This document shows, in pieces, positions 1 through 7,979 of a stretch of DNA of 40,782 nucleotides. A model generated the notes under the pieces. It saw only the letters and a program-made list of their open reading frames with translations, did no database searches and was not told where the DNA came from. The stretch covers positions 1-40,782 of the IMG/VR virus record IMGVR_UViG_3300017700_000448. One strand, given 5' to 3'. The position numbers were made by a program, and so were the translations under genes. Each line of letters starts with the position of its first letter. Within the stretch, counting starts at the first letter, position 1. The stretch is from a virus (Duplodnaviria > Caudoviricetes).

Positions 1-123
1 ACGAGGACGCGGGCCTCGGGCGGGTGGGCTTCCTGGCCGTGTCGCTCGTCCACCGGGGCGAGCATCGGCTGGTCCTGATGCCTCGGGAAGCGGAGCGCCT
101 GTCCGACGCTTACGAAGCCACCC
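1..123. repeat. 123-bp terminal overlap, identical to 40660..40782 (circular assembly junction)
   Basis: Direct comparison: acgaggacgc...gaagccaccc occurs at both ends, and the repeat lies inside an open reading frame. Confidence 0.95.
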
Positions 124-221
124 CCGGCATGTGGGTCAAGCGCCAAGTCGGCGGCTACTACGAAATCGGCGGGATGCTCCTGTTTTGGGGCGCATCGCGC
201 GCCGGGCATGGTGCGCCATGA
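1..221 (+). CDS. C-terminal part of the VRR-NUC/PD-(D/E)XK nuclease that starts at 40416
   Basis: The frame of ORF 24..221 continues the frame opened at ATG 40416 across the junction. Its TGA overlaps the next ATG (ATGA). Confidence 0.8.
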   Translation, partial: EDAGLGRVGFLAVSLVHRGEHRLVLMPREAERLSDAYEATPGMWVKRQVGGYYEIGGMLLFWGASRAGHGAP

Positions 222-595
222 ACTGCCCGATCAACGGCATCTGCACACGGGGGTGTTACCACCGCCACAACAGCTGCGAACTGGAACTACTCCGTCAACC
301 CCTCAACACCCCGAGGCCCTACACCATGAATGCCCAACAGACCATCGAAGACCGCGAAGACAGCCACGGGGACTATCGTGTCCAGGCCGGTTTCTCGCAG
401 ACCCTCAAGGACGAGGCGCGCGGCCATCCCGGCTGGGAAAAGCTGTCGCCCGAACAGCGCGAGAGCGTGGACATGATCTTCGTGAAGGTTAGCCGCATTC
501 TGACCGGGTCCCCGAACACCGCCGACCACTGGACGGACATCGCGGGTTATGCTACTCTTATCTCCAACCTCCTGACCAAAGGACACCACCTGTAA
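218..595 (+). CDS. DUF6378-like all-alpha protein with a short Cys-rich N-terminus
   Basis: Motifs RxxxHGDY, KVSRILTG and DHWTDIAGYATL match the DUF6378 pattern. ATGA overlap at 218 and TAATG overlap with purZ. Alternative start at 326. Confidence 0.7.
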   Translation: MNCPINGICTRGCYHRHNSCELELLRQPLNTPRPYTMNAQQTIEDREDSHGDYRVQAGFSQTLKDEARGHPGWEKLSPEQRESVDMIFVKVSRILTGSPNTADHWTDIAGYATLISNLLTKGHHL

Positions 596-1698
596 TGGCC
601 CGCACAGTTTACGCCGCCCTCGACGACTGGTTCAACAAGCCGGGGGCCTATGTCCTCGTCGACGGCCAGTTTGGCTCCACCGGCAAGGGCCTGTTGGCCG
701 GGGTCCTCGCCCATCACGGCGCGGGGGCCATCACCCATTGCACGACCAACGCCGGTCCGAACAGCGGCCACACGGCCTACTATTCCGGGCCGCACACGGT
801 TGACGGGGGCGAGGAGAAGATCGTCACCCAACAGGTGCCGGTCGCCAGCGCCTTCCTCTCGCGCATGGGGTACAAGTGCGACACCCTGATCAACGCCGGG
901 GCCATGATCGAGGAGGAAATCCTCCGCCGGGAAGTGGCCGAATGGCTGGACCACAAGCGGGTCTTCATCCACCCGAACGCGGCGATGATCAGCCCCGAAG
1001 ACGTCGAGCGCGACAAGCTGGTCGTGTCGGCCATCGCCGGGACCGGCAAGGGCACGGGTCCCGCGCTGGCGCAGAAGGTCCTCCGCGACCCGAACGCCAC
1101 GGCGGAAAGCATCTACCAGCCGATGCTGCCGGGGGTCGACGCCGGGACCACCTTCGCCCGCACATGGGACCGGTTCTGGGACTGGACCCGCGATGTGGTG
1201 TTCGTGGAGACGGCCCAGGGCTATTCGCTCGGCCTGAACAGCAGCCGGTTCTACCCGAACGTCACCAGTCGGGAATGCTCGGTCCAGCAAGCGCTGGCCG
1301 ACGCCCGCATCCCGGCGCAGATGCTCCGCAAGGTCGTCGCCACCTTCCGCACGTTCCCCATCCGGGTGGGTAACACCGAGAACAGCAGCGGCGGCTGGTA
1401 TCCCGACCAGCGCGAAACGACCTTCGAGGCCATCGGGCAGGAGCCGGAAATCACCACGGTGACGAAGCGGGTCCGGCGCATCGCGGAATGGTCGCGCATC
1501 CAGTTTCGGGAGAGCGTGGCCTGTAACATGCCGGATGTGGTGTTCATCAACTTCATGAACTACCTTCCGGAGGACCAGTGGGACAGTTTCCTGTCCCTGA
1601 TGGTTCTGGACTACGTCGCCGTCATGGGCCACAAGCCCGAGGCGGTCCTCATCGGCACTGGCCCGCGTTCGCGCGACGTCACGGTCTGGAACGGATAA
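595..1698 (+). CDS. purZ: PurZ, N6-succino-2-amino-2'-deoxyadenylate synthase (PurA paralogue)
   Basis: PurA fold motifs with PurZ signatures: DGQFGSTGKG (Ser for the PurA catalytic Asp of GDEGKG), NSGHT, AQGYSL, YPNVTSR, PIRVG, ITTVTKRVRR, and FINFMNY in place of the GTP-specifying TKLD. Confidence 0.93.
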   Translation: MARTVYAALDDWFNKPGAYVLVDGQFGSTGKGLLAGVLAHHGAGAITHCTTNAGPNSGHTAYYSGPHTVDGGEEKIVTQQVPVASAFLSRMGYKCDTLINAGAMIEEEILRREVAEWLDHKRVFIHPNAAMISPEDVERDKLVVSAIAGTGKGTGPALAQKVLRDPNATAESIYQPMLPGVDAGTTFARTWDRFWDWTRDVVFVETAQGYSLGLNSSRFYPNVTSRECSVQQALADARIPAQMLRKVVATFRTFPIRVGNTENSSGGWYPDQRETTFEAIGQEPEITTVTKRVRRIAEWSRIQFRESVACNMPDVVFINFMNYLPEDQWDSFLSLMVLDYVAVMGHKPEAVLIGTGPRSRDVTVWNG

Positions 1699-1699
1699 C

Positions 1700-1963
1700 A
1701 TGGCGGAGCGCGGCACTCTCAATCTCAACCTGCACGACGCCGACGAGACGGAAGTGGAGGTCGAATACTCCATCACGTACGACGGCAACGGATGGGACGA
1801 ACCCCGTACCTGTGAGGTCGAGATTGAGAGCGTCACGTGGGAGGGCGAAGAGGTCGCGCTCCTCGACGCCGAGTACAACGCGTTCTGCGACCGCATCGCG
1901 GAAAGCCACGAGCCTGACGACGGCAGCGATCAGGCGTACGACGATTACAGGGACCGGGACTGA
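1700..1963 (+). CDS. small, highly acidic hypothetical protein
   Basis: Fills the gap between purZ and the MazG-like gene with TGATG coupling. About 28 of 87 residues are D/E. Confidence 0.75.
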   Translation: MAERGTLNLNLHDADETEVEVEYSITYDGNGWDEPRTCEVEIESVTWEGEEVALLDAEYNAFCDRIAESHEPDDGSDQAYDDYRDRD

Positions 1964-2280
1964 TGCCAGAGGGCTTGACAGACGAGGGCGGCAAAGTCCT
2001 GGAGGTCTTCCTCCCGAAGGAACTGGTCGATATTGGCGTGGCCCCGGACCTGCAGCGGTTCTTCGACGCCATGATCTACAAGCTGCGCCGCAACGCCCAC
2101 AAGGGGCATTGGGACCACCTTTCCCTCGACACCGCGTTCGCGGACCTTGGGGGCGAGGTCGAGGAACTGACCGGGGCCATCGCCAGCGGTTCGACCGCTG
2201 AAATCCTGATGGAGGCAGCCGACGTCGCGAATGAAGCCATGATCTGCGCCAATATCGCGCTCGCCGGGAAGGGTCTATGA
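1963..2280 (+). CDS. MazG-like all-alpha NTP pyrophosphohydrolase (probable MazZ-equivalent dGTP/dATP pyrophosphatase)
   Basis: EVEEL...EAADVAN metal-binding helices (ExxE...ExxD), 105 aa, located in the purZ cluster. Confidence 0.75.
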   Translation: MPEGLTDEGGKVLEVFLPKELVDIGVAPDLQRFFDAMIYKLRRNAHKGHWDHLSLDTAFADLGGEVEELTGAIASGSTAEILMEAADVANEAMICANIALAGKGL

Positions 2281-2642
2281 ACCCCCGCGTGGCCGAGTTT
2301 CTGCAGGGGGCCGTCAGGGACGGTGCTTCCGAGGCGTACGCGGTCCTAGTGACGGTCGACGGCGAGGCGTCCGTGCACGTAGGGAAGGCCCGTCCGGACG
2401 GCACCATTAACTACGCGGGGGCCTCGACGCGGGGTCTGAAACTCGGAGCGTTGATCGACGAACTGCTCGGCCCGCTGACTTACGTGTCGGCCATCGCCCA
2501 CATGGAAGGTTATGACGACCTGCCCCCGGACGTCAAGGCCCTCGTACAAGAACACGGGCCGCGCGCCCACCGTCTCTACGATGAGGGCTACGAAGCCTTC
2601 GATATCCTCCAAATCCTGAAAGCGGAGAAGAAGAATGTTTAG
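2277..2642 (+). CDS. hypothetical protein within the Z cluster
   Basis: ATGA overlap upstream, 8-nt overlap with datZ, phage-like codon usage. Confidence 0.7.
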   Translation: MNPRVAEFLQGAVRDGASEAYAVLVTVDGEASVHVGKARPDGTINYAGASTRGLKLGALIDELLGPLTYVSAIAHMEGYDDLPPDVKALVQEHGPRAHRLYDEGYEAFDILQILKAEKKNV

Positions 2643-3324
2643 TCACTATGCCAGGGTTCTGGCCAGCGTCCCCCGGTGGTCCATCGTCCCGGTCACCCGT
2701 CGCCAATACGTCGCGGAGCATTCCTACTTCGTGTCGCTGTATGTGGCCGAACTCCTCGGCCTCTCGATCTTCGACCACTGGACGGCGGAACGCAAGCTGG
2801 CCGCGATCAAGTACGCCCTCATCCACGATGCCGGGGAGGCGCGAATGGGGGACACCCCCGGACCGGTCAAGCGTCTGACCGTGAACCGCCCCGCGTTCGA
2901 CGAGGTCGAAGCCGCCGTGACGCGGGGCATGGGTTACACGGACCGGAACGGGTTCGGCTGGCATGTCGACAGCGAAATCAAGCTGGTGGTCAAGGCGGCG
3001 GACCTGATCGACGAATTCTTCTACCTGAACATGGAAGCGTCCATGGGGTCGAAGATCGTGACCAACCTCGTCCAGCAGGTGGAATTCCGGCTCCTGTCGG
3101 CGCTGGAGAAACTGCCGTGGGACAGCGACCCCAACTGCTATTTCAGCGCGCGCACCCTGTTCGCGGAAATCTCCGAAGAGGCAGCGGCCCTTGACGCGGG
3201 CATCGAGACGCTGTCAAATAACGATGACGTCCTGCCCGCCGGGGGCAATCCCGCCACCGGATGCACCGAACAAGCGCGGTGCGGCAGGGACGAGTGTTCA
3301 ATCTGCGAGGGCATCCCGTTTTGA
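2635..3324 (+). CDS. datZ: HD-domain (YfbR-like) phosphohydrolase, DatZ-like dATPase
   Basis: PRWS...VAEHSY...ALIHDAGEARMGDTPGPVK...VKAAD is a YfbR/DatZ HD signature, and the gene lies in the purZ operon. Confidence 0.82.
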   Translation: MFSHYARVLASVPRWSIVPVTRRQYVAEHSYFVSLYVAELLGLSIFDHWTAERKLAAIKYALIHDAGEARMGDTPGPVKRLTVNRPAFDEVEAAVTRGMGYTDRNGFGWHVDSEIKLVVKAADLIDEFFYLNMEASMGSKIVTNLVQQVEFRLLSALEKLPWDSDPNCYFSARTLFAEISEEAAALDAGIETLSNNDDVLPAGGNPATGCTEQARCGRDECSICEGIPF

Positions 3325-5006
3325 CCGAAGACGTACCGGAGTGGATGAAGGGTAAGGGCACCAAGCTTCGCGGCTTGGACGCGGTCGACACCGGCAAGGT
3401 GAAGCCGTGGAAGGTGGAGCGGGACTTTGAGAAGCTGTCCATCCACGCCCTTCCCATCATCGAACGCCCGCTCGCGTCCCGGCCCAAGACCGCCCGCGAC
3501 CCGGATTGGCTGTTGAAGGGGGAACCGCGTGAAGTACAACTGGAGGCGCTTCGGCGCAGCTATCTTGGATACGCTCTTCGGGACAGCGCCGAGGGTGAGG
3601 AGAGGTTCGCGCAGCTGCGCAACGGCCCGGCCCGTGGCTGGGGGCATTTCATGGAAATGCGTCTCGGGAAGACTCCGACGCTGCTCAACGAATTCGAACT
3701 CCTCCGCAGGGACTACGACTTCAAACGCGCCATCATTCTCTCTCCCAACGCTTTCAAGCGCACATGGGCGTCGGAGGCGGAGAAGTTTGGCGTCTCCGTC
3801 GACGCGGAATTCTACGACGGGAACCGGAATCAGCTTAAGCGCCTGATCGCGAGGACGAAGGGGCAGTTTCTGCTGTCCATCAACTACGAGGCGCTTCGGT
3901 CCGAGGATATCCTGTCCCTCCTCGAAGACTTCTGCGACGACAAGACCCTGATCGCCGCCGACGAAAGCATCACGATCAAGGGGCACGGGACGAAGATCAC
4001 GGACAACGCGCTCCAGCTGGCTGGCAAGTGCCGGGCGCGGCGACCGCTCACCGGGAAGCCCATCACGCAAGGGCCGCATGACGCCTACACCCAGCTACGG
4101 TTCGCGGCCCAGCTGGAAGGGGAGTACTACACCAACTTCAAGTCCTACTACTGCCAGATGGGCGGGTTCCAGGGCAAGACGGTGGTGGACGTCAAGCACC
4201 CCGAAGAACTATCGGCCATCATCCACTCCTCGGCCTTTGTCGCTCGCAAGACCAGCTGGATGAAGACTCCCGGCGTGGACTACGGCGAGCGCTTCCTCGA
4301 CATGCTGCCTGAACAACGCGCCATCTACGACCGGATGGAAACCGAGTTTATGGTGGAGTTGGAAAACGGCACCATCGTGACGGCGGACCAAATCGTCACC
4401 AAGCTGATCAAGCTGCAGCAGATCACTTCCGGGTTCATCTACGACGAGACGCGCGGCGTCCACTGGATTGTTCCCACCGAGAAGAACCCGCTGGTGATCG
4501 CGCTCAAGACGCTCATCGAGGAAGAACTGGAGGGCAAGCTGATTGTGGTCTGCCATTACCAGCCGACCATGGACCTGCTTCTTAAGGCGCTGGCCGAGTA
4601 CGAACCGGCGGTCATCCGGGGGCAGGACTGGCACAGGAAGCATGGCCGGGGCATCGAGGAGGAGAAGGCGCGCTTTAACGAGGACCCCCGGTGCCGCATC
4701 TTGGTCGGGCAGGAGATATCCCTGCGTTACGGCCACACGCTGATGGGTTCTCCCTCGCACCCGTGCTACACCGAAGTCTTCGTGGAGAACAACTACTCCC
4801 TGAACGACCGGAGCCAGTGTGAACAGCGGCCACAGGGCGAGGGGCAGCAGTTCCCAATCGGCATACTGGACTTCTTCGCATCCGCGCAAGCGCTCAAGAT
4901 CGTCCGCGCCATTCAGGCGAAAGAGGACGTCGCGGCGCTTCTGATGGGGTACAGGCGCGAGGACGGGGTTAAGCCTCGCGGCCCGGTAGAGGACGACCGA
5001 TACTAG
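3321..5006 (+). CDS. SNF2-like superfamily 2 helicase
   Basis: FMEMRLGKT (motif I), INYEAL, IAADES (II), LTGKP (III), KLQQITSGF, YGHTL, and a degenerate motif VI. The TTG start overlapping the datZ TGA is inferred. Confidence 0.85.
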   Translation: MTEDVPEWMKGKGTKLRGLDAVDTGKVKPWKVERDFEKLSIHALPIIERPLASRPKTARDPDWLLKGEPREVQLEALRRSYLGYALRDSAEGEERFAQLRNGPARGWGHFMEMRLGKTPTLLNEFELLRRDYDFKRAIILSPNAFKRTWASEAEKFGVSVDAEFYDGNRNQLKRLIARTKGQFLLSINYEALRSEDILSLLEDFCDDKTLIAADESITIKGHGTKITDNALQLAGKCRARRPLTGKPITQGPHDAYTQLRFAAQLEGEYYTNFKSYYCQMGGFQGKTVVDVKHPEELSAIIHSSAFVARKTSWMKTPGVDYGERFLDMLPEQRAIYDRMETEFMVELENGTIVTADQIVTKLIKLQQITSGFIYDETRGVHWIVPTEKNPLVIALKTLIEEELEGKLIVVCHYQPTMDLLLKALAEYEPAVIRGQDWHRKHGRGIEEEKARFNEDPRCRILVGQEISLRYGHTLMGSPSHPCYTEVFVENNYSLNDRSQCEQRPQGEGQQFPIGILDFFASAQALKIVRAIQAKEDVAALLMGYRREDGVKPRGPVEDDRY

Positions 5007-5082
5007 GACGCCCGCCCCGTGGCCCCGGAGGGGGTCGGGACGGGCGCTAGGGGTGCCGCCGGTACTAGGTGCCCCGCCGGGG

Positions 5083-5634
5083 CTAGGGGCGCTCCGTGGT
5101 GCCCTCCCGGCGCTCCCCGGCCCATAGGGCGGCTTGCTCCCGATACCAGGACTGCCAGCCGATCACTTGCTCTCGCCAGACGTTGCAGGTTCCGTAGTTG
5201 TCGACGACCCCACCGATCGCGGCAGAGGGAGCAACGTCGCTGGGGGAACCATCAGATTGCCCGGTGCCGAGGGGAACTGCCGGGGTGCCAGTGGCTGCGG
5301 CGTCGTGCAAGCGCACAAAGCCCCAAGGCAGATTGCCATAGGCAGCATCAGTTTCAGGCGTGACATAGACCGGAACCTCCCGGATAAGGGTCCGGGTACG
5401 CCATTGCACCCGGTCCACGGCGACTGCGGTGGCTTCCCCCACCGCTTGGGTCGACCGGTCGGACGCTTGCTCGCGCTCGATCTGCCGATTGGCTTCCTTG
5501 ACCTGCTCCGCGAGCCGGTCGCGTTCCTTGGCCTTCCACCAAGTGTTCGTGGCGTAGGACCCGGCGGCGGTGCCGACGGAGAACGCGATCAGCGCATGGA
5601 CCAGATGCATTCGCCATCCGACGAACCACCGCAT
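5083..5634 (-). CDS. Rz: Rz-like inner-membrane spanin
   Basis: N-terminal hydrophobic segment, coiled-coil, IREVPVYV and GFVRLHDAAA motifs. Directly downstream of the endolysin. Confidence 0.75.
   Translation of the reverse strand: MRWFVGWRMHLVHALIAFSVGTAAGSYATNTWWKAKERDRLAEQVKEANRQIEREQASDRSTQAVGEATAVAVDRVQWRTRTLIREVPVYVTPETDAAYGNLPWGFVRLHDAAATGTPAVPLGTGQSDGSPSDVAPSAAIGGVVDNYGTCNVWREQVIGWQSWYREQAALWAGERREGTTERP
5163..5366 (-). CDS. Rz1: Rz1-like outer-membrane lipoprotein spanin nested in Rz
   Basis: Signal peptide MSRLKLMLPMAICLGALCAC with a lipobox, Pro-rich mature part, entirely inside Rz in another frame. Confidence 0.75.
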   Translation of the reverse strand: MSRLKLMLPMAICLGALCACTTPQPLAPRQFPSAPGNLMVPPATLLPLPRSVGSSTTTEPATSGESK

Positions 5635-6524
5635 CAGATGGCTCCTTGTTCACGCATCCGCGTGTAGAAGGTGTAGCCGAGGAGGAGGCCACCGGCCAGC
5701 ATCATCAGCAGGAACAGGACGAACGCCGCCTTGCCGATGAGGGTGTCCCCGATGTGGGGTTGCACCTGCTGGGCCGCGCTGATCACCGTTTGTCCGGTGA
5801 CCCCGGCACCGCCGACAATCGCCCCGATGCCCGGCTTCGTGCGGGATACAGCAACGCTTCCTTCCGTGCCCTTGCCAGCCTCCTCGCCCTCCTTCGAGCC
5901 GATTGCGCTCGGGAGTTGCGCTTTCGGTATCGGGAAGGAGAGGTCATCTTGGGCCATTTTCGTCGCATAGTCAATCACCCCCATGTCTCCGGTGATCTGC
6001 GCGCCGTCGAGGTCCCCGATGACCCGGCGCTTCCACCCACGACCGAAGGTGCCGTAGGTGCGAAGGCCGCGAAGGAACCGCATCCGGCGGTTGCAGTAAT
6101 CCGCGATCAGCTTGACCTCGTCGAGGTCCGCCGCACGACGCGCGGCCCGCAGCGTGGCTTCCCCGATCTGGCCGTCGACGCCGAGGGCGGGGTCGATCTG
6201 GGCCTTGAGGAGCCGCTGCAGGTCCTTCGCCGCCCGGTTGGGGCCGCTGTTCACGCCATAGTCGAAGACGGCATAGTCCAGCCCGGCGGGGAGTTCGTCG
6301 CCGTTGACCATGTCCCAATACTGGCGCTTGTAGATGTCCTGGATTTCGGCCCGCGTGATCTGCTTCACGGACCGGCGCTCGACGCCCCGGTTGTCCCGGT
6401 AGGCATCGTAGACCGCTTGGGTCACGCCCGTGTTGGTCGCGCCGCCGGGGTCCTTGGGGTGATTGACGTAGCCGCCTTCGTGCGCGAGGACGAGGGGCAG
6501 GACGTTGGTGAAAGCTTGGGCCAT
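5634..6524 (-). CDS. endolysin, glycoside hydrolase family 108, with peptidoglycan-binding domain and C-terminal hydrophobic helices
   Basis: HEGGYVNHPKDPGGATNTGVT, FDYGVNSG, VDGQIGEATL, FGRGWKRR. Confidence 0.92.
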   Translation of the reverse strand: MAQAFTNVLPLVLAHEGGYVNHPKDPGGATNTGVTQAVYDAYRDNRGVERRSVKQITRAEIQDIYKRQYWDMVNGDELPAGLDYAVFDYGVNSGPNRAAKDLQRLLKAQIDPALGVDGQIGEATLRAARRAADLDEVKLIADYCNRRMRFLRGLRTYGTFGRGWKRRVIGDLDGAQITGDMGVIDYATKMAQDDLSFPIPKAQLPSAIGSKEGEEAGKGTEGSVAVSRTKPGIGAIVGGAGVTGQTVISAAQQVQPHIGDTLIGKAAFVLFLLMMLAGGLLLGYTFYTRMREQGAI

Positions 6525-6943
6525 TACGAGCCTCCCGTGGGTCCTTTCAGGACCAGTTCCAGCTTGTCAGCGACAAGCCACCAGATGAAGGCGGTCATTG
6601 CGGTCCCCGCCGTTACGAACCCGCCACCCCATGCAATCCAGGTCTTGTACTTCGACAGCAGGGTGTTCTGGCTGTCCTCGACCCGGCGCATCCGGCCCAG
6701 CAGACCGATGCCCTTGAACCCGCCTTCCCCGTCTTCTTCCTCGGAGCCGACGAGAAGCAGGATGGCGTCCATCTTGCCTTCGACCCGTTGGAGGGTCATG
6801 GCGTTCAGGCCTTGGTTCTTGAGTACGCCTTGAACGTCTTTCTCAAGCGAATCCATACGCGCCACCACACTCGGAGAAATCGGCCTCGCCCGACTGCGGC
6901 GAGGTTTCTTATGCTCGGAGGCTACCATATCGGGGCTTCCCAT
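6524..6943 (-). CDS. coiled-coil protein with a C-terminal transmembrane helix, candidate holin
   Basis: Start at ATG 6943 follows the tail fibre stop. Hydrophobic WIAWGGGFVTAGTAMTAFIWWLV. Coupled to the endolysin. Confidence 0.55.
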   Translation of the reverse strand: MGSPDMVASEHKKPRRSRARPISPSVVARMDSLEKDVQGVLKNQGLNAMTLQRVEGKMDAILLLVGSEEEDGEGGFKGIGLLGRMRRVEDSQNTLLSKYKTWIAWGGGFVTAGTAMTAFIWWLVADKLELVLKGPTGGS

Positions 6944-6944
6944 G

Positions 6945-7979
6945 TCAATGCCCCCACGCTTCCCAGATGAACCCTTCAACCGTCTCGGTCGAGGGTCCCG
7001 CGACGTAAACGTCGAGGTCGGTGGCGTCGAAGCCGTTGATGACCGCCCCGAAGTCCGACAGGATATCGGGGGTGCCGGATTGCTTGAGCGTGGCGACCGC
7101 GCCGAGGCAAGCCGTGGGGAAGGCGAACGGGAAGACGACGTTTTGGATGGCGTCCCCCGCGAGGCTTCCCGTGAAGGTGCCCCATTGGCGGATATAGCCG
7201 TTCGGCAGGATGAAGTAGCCGTTGACGGACAGGGCGACGTCCCCGGCGACGTCGGGCGACAGCACCCATTCGTTGGAGGCCACCTGTTGGAGCCGCCCGC
7301 GATAGTAGGGCTGCAGGACCTTGTTCTCGTCCGTGCTGTTGTCGGCGGCGCGGAGGGCGACCCCCGTGTCACGTTCCAGGGTGACTTCGCCCGTGTTGGC
7401 CATCCACAGTTCGAAGTAGTGGCCGATGGGGAAGGTGTCTGCCGGAATGGTCCAGATATAGTCGCCCGTGTCGTCCTTCACGAGGAGCCGCTGGCTGTCG
7501 GCCAGTTCGAACGTATGCTCGACGTTCTTGATCGTCACCGGGTTGCCCCGGAAGCCGACGTCGTCGGGGTTCAGTTCGGCAGGCTCGAAGTCCAACCGGG
7601 CGTTCGCTGTGAAGACGGCGGTGGCGGGGTCGACCGGGGTATAGCCCAGCTTCTCCTCGATTGCGCCATCCGCGATGTTGGCAGCGAAAACGGTGAACAG
7701 CTGGTTGACCGGGTCGACGTCGAGGAGCGGCATCGCCAGATCGCCGGTCGCCGTGACCAGCTTCATGCGCACCAACTCGGACCCGTCGTAGTAGATCGAG
7801 GGGAAGAGGCCCTGACTGTCGGCCACGACCGGGAACGTGTGGACTTCCGTCATGTCCGCGTCGGCGTAGGTGTCGACCGGGGTGGTGGTCCCCGACTGGT
7901 AGAAGTATGCCTTGGCGAAGGCGAGGGGGAGGCCGTCCGCATCGACGAACTGAACGACGGGGGTGTTCAGAAGGGTCAT
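6945..7979 (-). CDS. tail fibre/tailspike-type receptor-binding protein
   Basis: N-terminal QFVDADGLPLA...YFYQSGTTTP...PVVADSQG podovirus head-binding domain. C-terminal NGYFILPNGYIRQWG...FPFAFPTAC fibre-tip motif. TGATG start at 7979. Confidence 0.8.
   Translation of the reverse strand: MTLLNTPVVQFVDADGLPLAFAKAYFYQSGTTTPVDTYADADMTEVHTFPVVADSQGLFPSIYYDGSELVRMKLVTATGDLAMPLLDVDPVNQLFTVFAANIADGAIEEKLGYTPVDPATAVFTANARLDFEPAELNPDDVGFRGNPVTIKNVEHTFELADSQRLLVKDDTGDYIWTIPADTFPIGHYFELWMANTGEVTLERDTGVALRAADNSTDENKVLQPYYRGRLQQVASNEWVLSPDVAGDVALSVNGYFILPNGYIRQWGTFTGSLAGDAIQNVVFPFAFPTACLGAVATLKQSGTPDILSDFGAVINGFDATDLDVYVAGPSTETVEGFIWEAWGH

Noticed and set aside
1-123. Terminal repeat as a biological direct terminal repeat
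   Set aside because: It interrupts a nuclease gene in the middle of an operon, so it is better explained as assembler overlap of a circular contig.
595-1698. Ordinary PurA auxiliary gene, or GTP-using PurZ0
   Set aside because: The catalytic Asp is replaced by Ser, the TKLD guanine-specificity motif is replaced by NFMN, and DatZ- and MazG-like genes are adjacent.
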